Position numbers and translations under genes: made by a program. Below, in pieces: positions 1 through 10,259 of a DNA stretch of 64,000 nucleotides. Numbering within the stretch: the stretch's first letter is position 1; every line of letters starts with the position of its first letter. Source of the DNA: an uncultured delta proteobacterium. GTDB taxonomy: Bacteria > Desulfobacterota > Desulfobacteria > Desulfobacterales > JAHEIW01. The notes beneath the pieces are model-generated. The model was not told the origin of the DNA. It saw only the letters and a program-made list of their open reading frames with translations, and did not search any database. The stretch lies in contig CAVPNL010000015.1 of the NCBI GenBank assembly GCA_963706575.1, positions 128,001-192,000 on the forward strand, given 5' to 3'.

Positions 1-27
1 GTGGCAAACAGCTTCCCTTGTGTTGCA

Positions 28-2127
28 TCAACCGCCCGCAGTGTCCGCCGGCTGCTCCTGCTGAAATGGCTTCTCAGGCGGTGTGAGGTCCTTGGCGCCT
101 GTCCCGGGCATCATCTCAAAGCCCAGGTCAAAGTGGATCAGCAGGGTCTTGAGGTCCTTGTAGACCTGCCGGTCGCCCTCGAGTTTGGCCTTGCCGGCGG
201 AGATCTGCTCATCTAAGCTGACCGCACCCATCATCGTCTTTTCCAGATCCTTGCGGTCGATGGTCACGGTCAGATCGGCGTCGTCCGCCTGAAACCCCTC
301 GATGTTGGTCAGGGTGCCGTTGCTCAGCTCCACCACGAAATTTTCTTTGTTGTCCGGTGTAACCAGGTTAATCTTAAACTGCTTGCCTTCGGCCTTTTTG
401 CTGTCCAGGCGGATGCCCAAAAAGTCCAGCCAGAGCTCGGTGGTCATCGCCCGGATCATGTCCGGGCCGGACGATTTCGGCGACGCGCCGGTCGGAATTC
501 CAGACCTGAGTTCTAAAGCGGCTGCAAGAAAACTGTTCCTTACGCTGGGGCTCTCCTGCTGGTAACCGATCTGCTCGAATACATCGGCCAAGAGGTCTTT
601 GGCTTCCTGATTTTTTGGCTCTGCATATACTAATTTGTTTAAGATCTCCTGGGCATGGCGGTATTTCCCCTGACTGTAGAGTTTCCGGCCTTTGGCGATG
701 ATCTTGCTCGCACCTCCCATCATTTCCACGTAAAGCGGGGCCGAGTCTTCCGGCGACAGCGGGATCAGGGTGGTGGGGTTGCCGTCCCAGTATCCCAGAT
801 AGCGGTTGATCACCGCGCGACTGTTATGTTCCACCGAGCCGTGGTAGCTGCGCGCCGTCCACTGCTGCTGAAGGCTCTTTGGCACCTCGTACACATTATG
901 CACCTGGTTGATCGTCACACCCTGGTTTGCCAGGTGCAGCACACCGTTGTTGAGGTGCGCATAAGTGTCCCGCTGGGCTCGCATAACCTCCTGGATGCGG
1001 TCGTTGCCCCAGCGCGGCCAACTGTGAGAGGCAAACATGACCTCGGCCTGCTGACCGTATTTGTAAAGCGCCACGTTAATCTGCTTGGACCATTCCAGGG
1101 CATCGCGCACCAGCGCGCCCCGAAGGGTGTAAATGTTGTGGATCGTGGCCACGATGTTCTCGGCCGCCCAGAAGGCCTTGAAATCGGGAAACCAGGTGTT
1201 CATCTCCGCCGGCGCCTCAGTTCCCGGCGTGTTCTGGAACTCCATGCGGACGCCATCGACAGTCAGCGACTCGAAATCCTTTGCGATGATGACGTTCGGC
1301 GGGATGAGGCCCAGGTTGCCGGCGGCCGTGTTTTTACCTATCGACTGGTCGACATGTCCAAAGGGGCTGCGCGGCAGCAATACGCCGTACTGGAAAAACA
1401 ATCGGCGGCTCATCGCATTGCCGGCATAGACGTTTTCCGATACCGCATGGTCCATAAAGCCGACCGGAGCGATGATCTTGACCTTACCACTTCTAACGTC
1501 GGCTTCATCCACCACCCCTCGCACACCGCCGAAGTGATCGGCATGGGAGTGGGAGTAGACCACCGCCACCACCGGGCGGTCACCGAGTTTCTCGTTGATG
1601 AATTCGAGCGCCGCTTTGGCGGTCTCTTTCGCGGTCAGCGGATCGAAGACGATCCAGCCGGTCTTGCCTTTGATAAAGCTGATGTTGGCCAGATCGAATC
1701 CACGCACCTGATAGATCCCGGGGATCACCTCATACAGTCCGTAGTTCATGTTCAGGATGGCCTGCCGCTGCAGCGATGGATGGATACTGTCAAAATCCTT
1801 GCCCTGCAGAAGCCACTCGTAACTGCCCATATCCCAGGCGACATGACCTGCTTCGGCCTTGATCTGTTTGTAATCAGGGGCTGCAATAAATCCCTTTTTT
1901 TGTTCCTCGAAATCCCTTTTATCGTCGAAAGGCAGGGATTGCCGCCACCTGTTCTGCAATTCTACGGTAAATTTGGACGGCATCTTTCCCTTCGGGTGGA
2001 AATGCTTACCTTCCATTGCGCCAGGGTCGGTCACTGCACCTCCACCACCTGCAGCAAAAGCCATATCTCCGAACACGCTAAAAATAGCAATAATCACCGT
2101 CAAAGCGAGTATTTTCGTAATAGTCAT
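28..2127 (-). CDS. Alkyl/aryl sulfatase (SdsA1/BDS1-type metallo-beta-lactamase fold, with dimerisation and SCP2-like C-terminal domains), exported
   Basis: 699 aa with N-terminal signal peptide; HSHADHFGG metal motif; SLQRQAILN, QVRGFDLANISF, TPGTEAPAEM, HNIYTLRGALVRDAL and YLGYWDGNP motifs; RBS GAGGAGG. Confidence 0.93.
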   Translation of the reverse strand: MTITKILALTVIIAIFSVFGDMAFAAGGGGAVTDPGAMEGKHFHPKGKMPSKFTVELQNRWRQSLPFDDKRDFEEQKKGFIAAPDYKQIKAEAGHVAWDMGSYEWLLQGKDFDSIHPSLQRQAILNMNYGLYEVIPGIYQVRGFDLANISFIKGKTGWIVFDPLTAKETAKAALEFINEKLGDRPVVAVVYSHSHADHFGGVRGVVDEADVRSGKVKIIAPVGFMDHAVSENVYAGNAMSRRLFFQYGVLLPRSPFGHVDQSIGKNTAAGNLGLIPPNVIIAKDFESLTVDGVRMEFQNTPGTEAPAEMNTWFPDFKAFWAAENIVATIHNIYTLRGALVRDALEWSKQINVALYKYGQQAEVMFASHSWPRWGNDRIQEVMRAQRDTYAHLNNGVLHLANQGVTINQVHNVYEVPKSLQQQWTARSYHGSVEHNSRAVINRYLGYWDGNPTTLIPLSPEDSAPLYVEMMGGASKIIAKGRKLYSQGKYRHAQEILNKLVYAEPKNQEAKDLLADVFEQIGYQQESPSVRNSFLAAALELRSGIPTGASPKSSGPDMIRAMTTELWLDFLGIRLDSKKAEGKQFKINLVTPDNKENFVVELSNGTLTNIEGFQADDADLTVTIDRKDLEKTMMGAVSLDEQISAGKAKLEGDRQVYKDLKTLLIHFDLGFEMMPGTGAKDLTPPEKPFQQEQPADTAGG

Positions 2128-2745
2128 TTTTCCTCCTCATAATATTTGCGAATCAAACCAGTTAACAATATGTGCACTAAATTGAAAATATCGTTAAACA
2201 TAGGAATTTTTTTTTACTTTTCAACGCTTAAAAGAAATTAATTATAGAATAGGAAAGGTGGATTCTCTTGCTGAAGTACTTGCTTTAGTCATTGAGTCCC
2301 CTGATTGTATGATGCATGCGCAAATCTCGAATATTTTGCAAGAACGGGATTTTTATATTTACGTGCCTGATGGAGGAATTTGGAAGGACGCGATATTTGC
2401 TGTATTTCCTGAGGTAATATAGCGGTTTGGGATTTTATGGATAGGATTAAAAAAGCTGAAATTTAATTAATTCTAGACGCTGGATATCATGACAGAAAAC
2501 CAAATGTCAGCAGATATTGATGAATAGAGAGTGTCTTTAAAAAACCATACTCTGATTACCTGTGATATAAAAAAATATCACAAATTTTCCGGACTGCAGA
2601 TATGAAGAGGGTATCAGATTCATGGCCGCTATCTACTGGTCACTGGCTTGCTGGCAAGCCTGCGACGAGCTCAGCCGAGTCGAAGTGAGAAGCAAGAAAC
2701 CAGAGGCCTAATCCCTGCTTTGTAAATTACCTGCAGAATGCAACA

Positions 2746-3063
2746 CTAAATATAACCGGGAAACCGTCTGCGAACCACAGCGCTGTAGACCCAATCTATC
2801 AGCGTTACGAAATCATAGATCGGCAGTCTGACTGCTTCCTGGACAGCCCGGGCGTGGGTGGGAAAAAGCGTGCATTCTAAAAGCATGGCTCCCACCTCCG
2901 GGTGTTCTTCCACCAAATCGCGTGCCAGCTGCATCAGCCCCTTTTCGAGCTGATAAACATTGTAATGTCCCTCACCGGCCAGAATTTTCTGCATCTCCGG
3001 CAAAACCTCTGCACCGCTGATAATCACCTGGGATGGATCATCGATCCCGCAATTTTTAAGCAC
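2746..3063 (-). pseudogene. C-terminal fragment of an Asp/Glu racemase-like protein
   Basis: VGAMLLECTLFPTHARAVQEAVRLPIYDF is typical of the C-terminal half. The N-terminal half and RBS are absent, and the 5' end abuts a truncated repeat element. Confidence 0.7.
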
Positions 3064-3064
3064 C

Positions 3065-3156
3065 GGTGCGCCGCGTGACGCTCAATCTTTTATAAAAATG
3101 ACAGAATGCCATAACTTTAGGCATTTTAGCTCACTTTAGTCACTTTAGGCACTTTT
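3065..3156. repeat. One-armed copy of the AAAGTG(A/C)CT inverted tandem-repeat element
   Basis: TTTAGGCATTTTAGCTCACTTTAGTCACTTTAGGCACTTT is near-identical to the arm at 36100-36139. Confidence 0.85.
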
Positions 3157-3159
3157 AGT

Positions 3160-4344
3160 TTAATCCAGCGGTAATCGCCGAAAGCATCCGGGATTTTCCG
3201 GGTTATAATAATGATCCATCGGGCCGTTTTCCTCATAATCCTGATGCCAGTGATTAAAGGCATCCCGATCCAGCTCGACACCGAGACCGGGGCCTTCCGG
3301 CACGGCCACCACATTGTTTTTGGGTTTAAAGGGACCGTCCTGGATGACATCGCCGATTTGCCAGCGCTTTAAGGATTGACTGGGTTCGTGTATCCATTGC
3401 ATGGCGGCGGTGACATGCAGATAGGCCGCCGTACAGATCCCCGCATCCCCGCTGTAGCACCAGAAGCCGACGCCCATTGCCTCACAGGCGCCGATAAATC
3501 GAATGGCCCGGTTGATGCCGCCCAGTACGGCGAAATTGGTCACAAATGTATCCGGTACCCCCAGCGCCACCGCCCGTCTAATGTCGGGTATGTGGGAGGA
3601 AAACGGAATGCTCGAATGCCGGCGCAGCGCTGCCATTTCCTCAAAGGTGGCCACCGGGTCTTCATAGTTGCGGATGTTATAGGGTTCGATTTCGCGCAAG
3701 ATCTGGCGGGCAGTCGACAGTGACCACGCCATGTTGGAGTCGAGCCGGAGCATCACTTCCGGGCCGAGTTTTTCACGCAGGCATTTTACCGTGGCAACTT
3801 CAAGGTGGGGATCGCCCAGAGTCAACTTGCCTTCAAACATGGTGGATCCATGTTCTTCCTTCATCTTGACACAATAGTCTGCAACTGCTTCCGGTGACAC
3901 CTCTCCGCCACGTCCATCCTTTTCCACCCGGTAAGCAAAGTATTCGGTAAATGGAATTTCCTTGCGTACGGCGCCGCCCAGCAATTCATACAAGGGCTGG
4001 TTCCATGCTTTGCCCCGGATATCCCACAGTGCAATCTCGATGCCGCCGAACGACTTGACGATGGAAGCGTCATCGGTGTTCTGGACCACACACCACTCCG
4101 GTAAGCAGCGCATCTCGCAGCCGGCGATATCGATGGGATCGCGGCCGATCAGCAGGGGTCCCATCTGGTTGTTGATCACCTCGGCGCAGTCTCCCGATGG
4201 GGACTCCCCGAGGCCGACAATCCCCTCATCGGTTTCGACCTCAATGATCGTCTTGGTCGTGCCCGGATAGGTCCCGACCGACCAGTAAATAGGAACCTCA
4301 AGGGGGATGTTGACGGGTGTCGCCCGCACTTGGGTAATTTTCAT
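3160..4344 (-). CDS. Enolase-superfamily (glucarate dehydratase-like / mandelate racemase family) enzyme
   Basis: IIEVETDEGIVGLGE, GIEIALWDIRGK...PLYELLGGAVR, LRLDSN, YEDP and PEGPGLGVELD motifs; ATG 4344 follows AAGGAGG. Confidence 0.9.
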   Translation of the reverse strand: MKITQVRATPVNIPLEVPIYWSVGTYPGTTKTIIEVETDEGIVGLGESPSGDCAEVINNQMGPLLIGRDPIDIAGCEMRCLPEWCVVQNTDDASIVKSFGGIEIALWDIRGKAWNQPLYELLGGAVRKEIPFTEYFAYRVEKDGRGGEVSPEAVADYCVKMKEEHGSTMFEGKLTLGDPHLEVATVKCLREKLGPEVMLRLDSNMAWSLSTARQILREIEPYNIRNYEDPVATFEEMAALRRHSSIPFSSHIPDIRRAVALGVPDTFVTNFAVLGGINRAIRFIGACEAMGVGFWCYSGDAGICTAAYLHVTAAMQWIHEPSQSLKRWQIGDVIQDGPFKPKNNVVAVPEGPGLGVELDRDAFNHWHQDYEENGPMDHYYNPENPGCFRRLPLD

Positions 4345-4437
4345 TTGGGGTCCTCCTTTCTTGGGATCCAAATTTATATCTGAATCTTGCGTACAAAATT
4401 CAGATTATAGCTAATTGAGGGGGCCGGGAGTTTTACC

Positions 4438-4536
4438 GTCATGCCCGCACCAAGCGGGCATCCAGGCCTTGTCCCTGCACAAGCGGGGATCCAAAATAGA
4501 ACAACCTTTCTGGATTCCCGCCTTCGCGGGAATGAC
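4438..4536. repeat. REP/RPE-like palindromic element (GTCATTCCCGCGAAGGCGGGAATCCAG type)
   Basis: GTCATGCCCGCACCAAGCGGGCATCCAG ... CTGGATTCCCGCCTTCGCGGGAATGAC form an inverted pair, with a third degenerate unit between them. Confidence 0.85.
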
Positions 4537-4585
4537 AAGTTTGCAATGAAAAAATTCTCCGACACCTGCTCTAATTATGATGTCG

Positions 4586-6478
4586 TTAATCTTGCTGTTT
4601 TGCCAGTTCACCCAGGCCCAAACGTTCCAGCGTCTCTCTGGTGGGGATTCCGTTATCATCCCAGCCCCTGGCCTTATAGTATTCATCCAGCAGAACATCG
4701 AGCTCGGCCTTTGTGAGGAAATAGCCCTCATTGGGGCCGCTGGGGATGGGTTCTTCGTAAAACCGGGCCGGAGGATAATCCAGACGGCGCCCGAAATTTT
4801 TGATTTCGCGGTTCGAAATGACACGCGTCAGATTCCATATCCGTTCGGAGACCGTCAGCAACTCCTGCCAGCTTTTCTTTTTGCCGGTGATCAGATGAAA
4901 GAGTTTCTCGTAATTTTCTTCCTCGAAACCCAGCTCCATGTACTGCAGCCGGCAAATGCCAAGGGCATCAAACAGCGGGCGAGTGTGCTGACTGTCGATC
5001 ACATATTGGGCGCATTCCGGCTTCACCACCGCTTTGGGCATTTTTTCCGAATCGCTGCCGCTGCTGATCAGTTCAGAAACACTGGTCCAGGCGCCGGTAA
5101 CATCGTAACCCAGCACCCATGCGCGGTTGTGGTGGGCGCCGATATCCGCCGTCATATAGGCCAGCATCATCGAAGGCGCGTTGCGGGTTTCATAGCCGGT
5201 CCATTCGAGGCCCTTGACATGAATGGCAAAGGCTTCGGAGCCCTTTCCAATCTTTCCCGAGGCCGCCTTGACGCCCTCGGCCAGCAGATCGCCGATTCCT
5301 TCGCGGCGGGCGATTTGATTGAGCAAAAATTCAACTGTACCCGGATCAGAAAACTGAATCTCGCGACCCACCTCTGAAGCGTTCAGGATTCCCTTTTCAA
5401 AACATTCGATGGCCCAGGAGATGACGGCGCCGGCCGAAATCGTATCGATGCCAAGTTCATCACACACATAATTTGCATAGGCCACTTCCGATATGGACTG
5501 CAGCAGGCAATTGCCCCCAAAAAGGGCGATGGTCTCATATTCCGGCCCCTCCACGTATGCGTTGCCCAGATCGGTCTTGGTATGGCCGTACTTGCCACAC
5601 GGCGTGGGGCAGCAAAAACAGCCCTTATCCGTTATTTTCAGCTGGTCGAGAATGGCTTTGCCATTGATCGATTTGTGGTGCTCGGCATAGGAGGTTTGAA
5701 AATTCCGGGTGGGAAAAACACCGACCGCGTTGGTCCAGTCGGTGATGCCGGCCGTCCCTTCGGGCGTCCACTCCTTAAATCCGGTTTTTGCAAATACCTT
5801 CTGATAGGCCTCCTTACCGGCAGCATAAGCCCGCTCCATATCAAAAACCGGCAGGCTGCCGGTGCCTTTGACGGCAATGGCTTTAATATTTTTGGACCCC
5901 AGCACGGCACCGACGCCGGTACGGCCGGCCTGGCGTCCGAAATCGTGGGAAATACAGGCAAACCGCACCCGGTTTTCTCCAGCCGGACCGATGGTCAGAA
6001 TTTGGAAATCTTCAGACAGGTCCTTTTTGAGCTGGGCTTCACACGATAAGGCACCCATTCCCCAATAGTTTTCGGCCGGGCGAATCTCCACCTGCTCATC
6101 ATCGATAAACAGATAGCTTGGCGTTGCGGCACTGCCCGTCAGCACCATCACATCATATCCGGCATATTTTAACGCCGGGCCGAAATGGCCGCCCATGTTG
6201 CTGTCCGCATACCCGCCGGTGGCCGGTGATTTGGTGCCGAAATGGGTTTTGCCGCTGGCCGGCAGAAAGTAGCCCGAAAGGGGGCCGGTCGCCGCCAGAA
6301 ACATATTTTCAGGGCTAAGGGGGTCGGTATTCGGCGGCAACTCGTCATAAAGTAATTTCGCCACGAAACCCCTGCCGCCGATATATTTATCGACCAGTTC
6401 ATCCGGCAGAGGCGTTTTGCTAACCTCACCGGAACTTAAATCTACTCTTAAAATTGATCCTGCATACCCGTCAATCAT
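4586..6478 (-). CDS. Aldehyde:ferredoxin oxidoreductase family protein (tungstopterin)
   Basis: GYAGSILRVDLS, KSPATGG, GPAGEN, GRTGVGAVLGSKNIKAI, CxxCxxxC (CFCCPTPC), GPEYET, DELGIDTIS and YYKARGWD motifs; probable start MIDGYAG after a GGAGGAG RBS. Confidence 0.95.
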   Translation of the reverse strand: MIDGYAGSILRVDLSSGEVSKTPLPDELVDKYIGGRGFVAKLLYDELPPNTDPLSPENMFLAATGPLSGYFLPASGKTHFGTKSPATGGYADSNMGGHFGPALKYAGYDVMVLTGSAATPSYLFIDDEQVEIRPAENYWGMGALSCEAQLKKDLSEDFQILTIGPAGENRVRFACISHDFGRQAGRTGVGAVLGSKNIKAIAVKGTGSLPVFDMERAYAAGKEAYQKVFAKTGFKEWTPEGTAGITDWTNAVGVFPTRNFQTSYAEHHKSINGKAILDQLKITDKGCFCCPTPCGKYGHTKTDLGNAYVEGPEYETIALFGGNCLLQSISEVAYANYVCDELGIDTISAGAVISWAIECFEKGILNASEVGREIQFSDPGTVEFLLNQIARREGIGDLLAEGVKAASGKIGKGSEAFAIHVKGLEWTGYETRNAPSMMLAYMTADIGAHHNRAWVLGYDVTGAWTSVSELISSGSDSEKMPKAVVKPECAQYVIDSQHTRPLFDALGICRLQYMELGFEEENYEKLFHLITGKKKSWQELLTVSERIWNLTRVISNREIKNFGRRLDYPPARFYEEPIPSGPNEGYFLTKAELDVLLDEYYKARGWDDNGIPTRETLERLGLGELAKQQD

Positions 6479-6518
6479 ATGGAACGCTCCTCCCCTAATT
6501 CGTAAATCCAATTGGGCG

Positions 6519-6944
6519 TCATGGGTTTTGGGTCATACCGCGCTGGATCTGGCCATCGACGACCAGTTGCAAAGCCTCACGGGGACAGATCTCGGCACAC
6601 TCTCCGCAAAGGGTGCATTTGATGGGAACATCCATCTGCCGGTGCTCAAATAAAACATCATGCGGGCATTCCTCGACGCATTGCATGCAGCCCGTACATT
6701 CCTCCGGATCAATAATAAAGGCGCTGTCCTTCATTTCGATGGCCTCCACCGGACAGACTTCGGCACATATCCCGCACTGATCACACAAATGAATCCGATA
6801 GTCACCCGGCGCGGGGAACCGCCCCTCTATCCGCAGGGCCGCCTTGGCAGGATTCACCTCGCGAAAATTCTCCAGGGCGCAAACCACCCGGCACACCCCG
6901 CAGCCGGAACAGTTTTCATGAATTGCTTTAAGCTCCATTGTCAT
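6519..6944 (-). CDS. 4Fe-4S polyferredoxin subunit of the AOR
   Basis: Four CxxCxxCxxxC motifs; immediately upstream of the AOR gene; ATG 6944 after AAAGGAG. Confidence 0.93.
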   Translation of the reverse strand: MTMELKAIHENCSGCGVCRVVCALENFREVNPAKAALRIEGRFPAPGDYRIHLCDQCGICAEVCPVEAIEMKDSAFIIDPEECTGCMQCVEECPHDVLFEHRQMDVPIKCTLCGECAEICPREALQLVVDGQIQRGMTQNP

Positions 6945-6984
6945 TCTAAACTCCTTTGCTTTTCCTAGTGTTGTATCGGCGCTT

Positions 6985-7692
6985 TTAATCTTGGGTATCG
7001 ACCACGCGCTGGAGCTCAATTCCCACCAGATCCAGGTGCGCTTTCATGCAGTGTGAAGCTTTTTCAGCCTCACCGTCTTCAATGCAGGCAACAATTTGCC
7101 TGGCGGTTAAAATCGCCTGTTCCGGCGGGCATAACCGATCCGGCATAAATTTCTCGTAGGATTCATGCGATTTTTCAATGATCTGCTTCATCGTTTCACA
7201 GATCATTTCATTGTGGGTGGCTTCCGCAATGGCCACGTGAAAATCGAAATCCGGATCATAAAATTTTTTGATGTCCGCTTTGCAGGCCTGCATGCGTTCA
7301 AGCGCTTCATGTATGCGCCGGATGTCCTTCGAACTGGCCCGCTCGGCCGCCAGTTTGACCGCATTGCACTCAAGGATTTCTCTGAGCTCCATTAACTCAA
7401 TGATTTGTTCGGCTGCCAATGCGTGCTGGAGATTCGATAGCGTCAAGTCATTCACCGGAAGGTTTTTTCGGATAAACGTCCCTTTTCCCTGAGAAGACTC
7501 TAAATAGCCCGAAAGAACCAGTGCCCTGATGGCCTCCCGGATGGACGAGCGCCCGACACCGAACATTTGCGACATATCGCGCTCCGTCGGCAGTTTGTTT
7601 CCCGGCTTTAATTCTCCGGATTTGATATGCTGAATAATTTCATTGATGATGATTTCAGGGGTTGAGCTTTTCTGGATGGTTTTAAATTGCAT
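6985..7692 (-). CDS. GntR/FadR-family transcriptional regulator
   Basis: GELKPGNKLPTERDMSQMFGVGRSSIREA winged HTH; FCD domain with DFDFHVAIAEATHN. Confidence 0.95.
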   Translation of the reverse strand: MQFKTIQKSSTPEIIINEIIQHIKSGELKPGNKLPTERDMSQMFGVGRSSIREAIRALVLSGYLESSQGKGTFIRKNLPVNDLTLSNLQHALAAEQIIELMELREILECNAVKLAAERASSKDIRRIHEALERMQACKADIKKFYDPDFDFHVAIAEATHNEMICETMKQIIEKSHESYEKFMPDRLCPPEQAILTARQIVACIEDGEAEKASHCMKAHLDLVGIELQRVVDTQD

Positions 7693-7785
7693 CAATTGTG
7701 ATATCTCCCGGTTTGCTATTTCTTTATGTTTGATGAATTGACCTTCTTAATGTTGTCTTGCAGTGCAGCAAAATCACAGCAACAA

Positions 7786-8682
7786 TTAGGCCTGGGATTC
7801 CTTGCCAACACATAGCTCCTCGCGGGTAAAACGGATGCTATCGACCACGGCCTGGTACTCCCGACGGCGGGCTTCTTCGCAGTCGTCGCCGGCGGGATCG
7901 AACTCAACTTCGATATTGAGGCGTTTCATATTCGGATTGGCCCGAATGATCTCATAGGCCTGCCGCATGGGGACGTCTCCCGTTCCGGTGGCGACGCCGA
8001 CAATCCGGCAGCCGTACTGGTCAAAAACAATGCGATGATCGGAAAAATGATTGGTGTAAGATACGGGTGCCAGCTTGCGAATCGCCGTCAGCGGGTCTTC
8101 GCCCACCATGAGAGAGTTGTTGGTGTCAACACAACCGCCGACGTAAGGGTGGTTAACCCGGTTGATAATCCAGAACACTTCGTCACTGAAGGCCTCGGTA
8201 TGATTCTCGAGACATATCCGCACCCCCGCATTTTGCGCAACAGGGGCAGCGGCTTCGGCTTTGCGGGCAATCTCTTCCAGTTGCGGAATCACCGCCGGAT
8301 GAAAGGCCGAGCCGCACACCGGGTGCGGCCGGTCGATATCCATGCTGATTTTTCCGATATCCGAACCGATTTTTTCAGCGATGGCGACGCCCTCTTCCAT
8401 GGTATTCGTCAGGCGGTCATCGTATTCGGATGCGTCAAGAGAAAAATTGTATTCCAGGAATAATTCCCTTTCTTCGGCGGCCCGACGCACGTCGCGCAGG
8501 TGCGCATCATCGGTTGAGCCCAGATCGGCCGCCGTCAAATGCAGGCCGTCGAGCCCCAGTTTTTTGGCCTCGTCCATCAAACCGAAGATGTCCCAGACCG
8601 GCTCCCAGGCAAGTTTGTAACCGCCCCAGTTCTGCCCCATGCCGTGTAAATGCAAACTATACGTATGCAATCCTAATAACAT
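7786..8682 (-). CDS. Sugar phosphate isomerase/epimerase family (xylose isomerase-like TIM barrel)
   Basis: LENH, DTNN, HFSDH, GTGDVP and NIEVE metal-binding pattern. Confidence 0.85.
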   Translation of the reverse strand: MLLGLHTYSLHLHGMGQNWGGYKLAWEPVWDIFGLMDEAKKLGLDGLHLTAADLGSTDDAHLRDVRRAAEERELFLEYNFSLDASEYDDRLTNTMEEGVAIAEKIGSDIGKISMDIDRPHPVCGSAFHPAVIPQLEEIARKAEAAAPVAQNAGVRICLENHTEAFSDEVFWIINRVNHPYVGGCVDTNNSLMVGEDPLTAIRKLAPVSYTNHFSDHRIVFDQYGCRIVGVATGTGDVPMRQAYEIIRANPNMKRLNIEVEFDPAGDDCEEARRREYQAVVDSIRFTREELCVGKESQA

Positions 8683-8763
8683 CGCCTACCCTCCTCTCCG
8701 AAAATTGAATTTTTCAATACCCACGGAGTGTTACAAAAAGCACAAAAAAAATTTGAATGACCC

Positions 8764-8964
8764 AGAAGCTATCTCAAAAATAGTAGATCACGTTCAAGGG
8801 CAAGGCGTCGATTCGGTTTTTAAGCGGAGCGTACAACGGAGTACGTGAGCATTATAAACCGAATTGATGAACTCCCTAATATTCATAAAAATAGAAGTGA
8901 AATCCCGCTTTCGCGGGGCAACGCAGCCATTGAGCGTGAGATGCTGTTTTTGTGATAGCTTCTA
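8764..8964 (-). mobile_element. Stop-codon-anchored palindromic (MITE-like) element, copy 1, with an internal insertion
   Basis: Terminal inverted repeats AGAAGCTATCTCAAAAATAG / CTGTTTTTGTGATAGCTTCT; core GCGGAGCGTAC..GTACGTGAGCA is shared with four other copies. Confidence 0.8.
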
Positions 8965-10164
8965 GTGACTCATGAGCGTCTTGCCCTTCTTCCCCAGGCC
9001 TTCTTTGTATCGCGTCGGTCTCAATGGATTGTCTTTAGGATCCATTGCGCCGGTCACCAGGTCACTGACCCATTTGCCCGCCTGGGGAGAGAGCATCACA
9101 CCGGCCCAGTAGCCGCAGTTGACATAAAAGCCGGGGACTTCGGGAACCTGGCCGATCAGCGGCTGGTCATCGGGCGTGTACATATAATATCCGGCCGAGG
9201 TGTCCATGTCGGGTTGCCTGACGGTCTTTTCAATTTCTTCGAAAAACGGCGTTAGACGCTTGACTTTGTCCAGGGTTAGGGCCGGAAACTCCCAGTCCGT
9301 CGGGACTCTCTCCGTCGGTTTACTGACCGGTTCATCCGCGTCCACCCAGCCGATAATCACACCGCCCGCTTCGGGGCGCCAGTAGCAATTGTTATTGACA
9401 TCAACTGTAAATGGCGCATCGGAAGGAATCGCCACCGAAGTTCTGACATAAACTTTTTGTCGGCGAACCGGCTCCAGCGGCAAATCCACTCCGGCCATTC
9501 GCCCGACCTCACCGGCAAACGGGCCGGCGGCATTTATCACGTTGCGGGTCTGCAGGATACCCCGATCGGTTTCCACGCCGCAGACCCCTTTTGCATCCGT
9601 TTGAATCCCGCTCGCCTTGGTGTTCAAAAAGAATCTGGCACTACTGCCTTTGGCAAATCCCTGGGTCGTTTCATGGCAGGACAGCCATCCATCCCGCTGC
9701 CGGAAAGTTGCGGCCAAAACCGAGGATGAGACAAACGGAAAGCGCTTGAGGATCTCTTCACCTTCTAAAAATTGTGAATCGGTAACCCCGAGGCTGTGTT
9801 GCTGGGTAATATTTTCTTTGAGATCATCCACGGTCTCCGGGTTATCGGTAAGAAAGAGATATCCCTGCTGCTTGATAGAAATGTTGTAGCCCGCTATCCC
9901 AATTACTTCGTCAAAATGCTCAAACATCTCGATGCTGGGTATGGCCAAAGACGCCATGGCCGGCTCCGTAAATTGCGCCCGAAAACATTCCGCTGAAGCA
10001 GGTGTGGTCAATGTTGACAGGCCATCCCGCATCTCGACTAAAACGACGTCCAATCCGGCCCTGGATAACCAGAAAGCCGTGGCCGTGCCCACAATGCCTC
10101 CGCCGATCACGACCGCATCGGTCTGGCCAAAATCGCTGTCAGTCGGTGTAAAAATCTTTCCCAT
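8962..10164 (-). CDS. FAD-dependent oxidoreductase (sarcosine oxidase beta / D-amino-acid oxidase family)
   Basis: VVIGGGIVG Rossmann motif, GYLFL, VINAAGPFA and YMYTPDDQPLIG motifs. Confidence 0.92.
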   Translation of the reverse strand: MGKIFTPTDSDFGQTDAVVIGGGIVGTATAFWLSRAGLDVVLVEMRDGLSTLTTPASAECFRAQFTEPAMASLAIPSIEMFEHFDEVIGIAGYNISIKQQGYLFLTDNPETVDDLKENITQQHSLGVTDSQFLEGEEILKRFPFVSSSVLAATFRQRDGWLSCHETTQGFAKGSSARFFLNTKASGIQTDAKGVCGVETDRGILQTRNVINAAGPFAGEVGRMAGVDLPLEPVRRQKVYVRTSVAIPSDAPFTVDVNNNCYWRPEAGGVIIGWVDADEPVSKPTERVPTDWEFPALTLDKVKRLTPFFEEIEKTVRQPDMDTSAGYYMYTPDDQPLIGQVPEVPGFYVNCGYWAGVMLSPQAGKWVSDLVTGAMDPKDNPLRPTRYKEGLGKKGKTLMSH

Positions 10165-10206
10165 TTCCGCAACCCTCCTTTTATTGAAAATGCCGAATCA
10201 ATAGCA

Positions 10207-10259
10207 TCTATAACTGCATATAATTGGTATGTCAATATGTTTTTCAGATGGTCTGACCA
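10207..10259 (-). promoter_or_regulatory. Sigma70 promoter with a FadR-type operator for the 10164-2746 operon
   Basis: Minus strand TTGACA (10235-10230)-17 nt-TATAGA (10212-10207); palindrome TGGTCTGACCA at 10249-10259 fits the FadR-subfamily TGGT-N3-ACCA box. Confidence 0.7.

Noticed and set aside
655..2142. 495 aa plus-strand ORF
   Set aside because: Antisense shadow of the alkyl sulfatase; no recognisable motifs.
4374..4716. Small ORFs with FPRRRES / WIPACAG text
   Set aside because: Translations of the palindromic repeat at 4438-4536.
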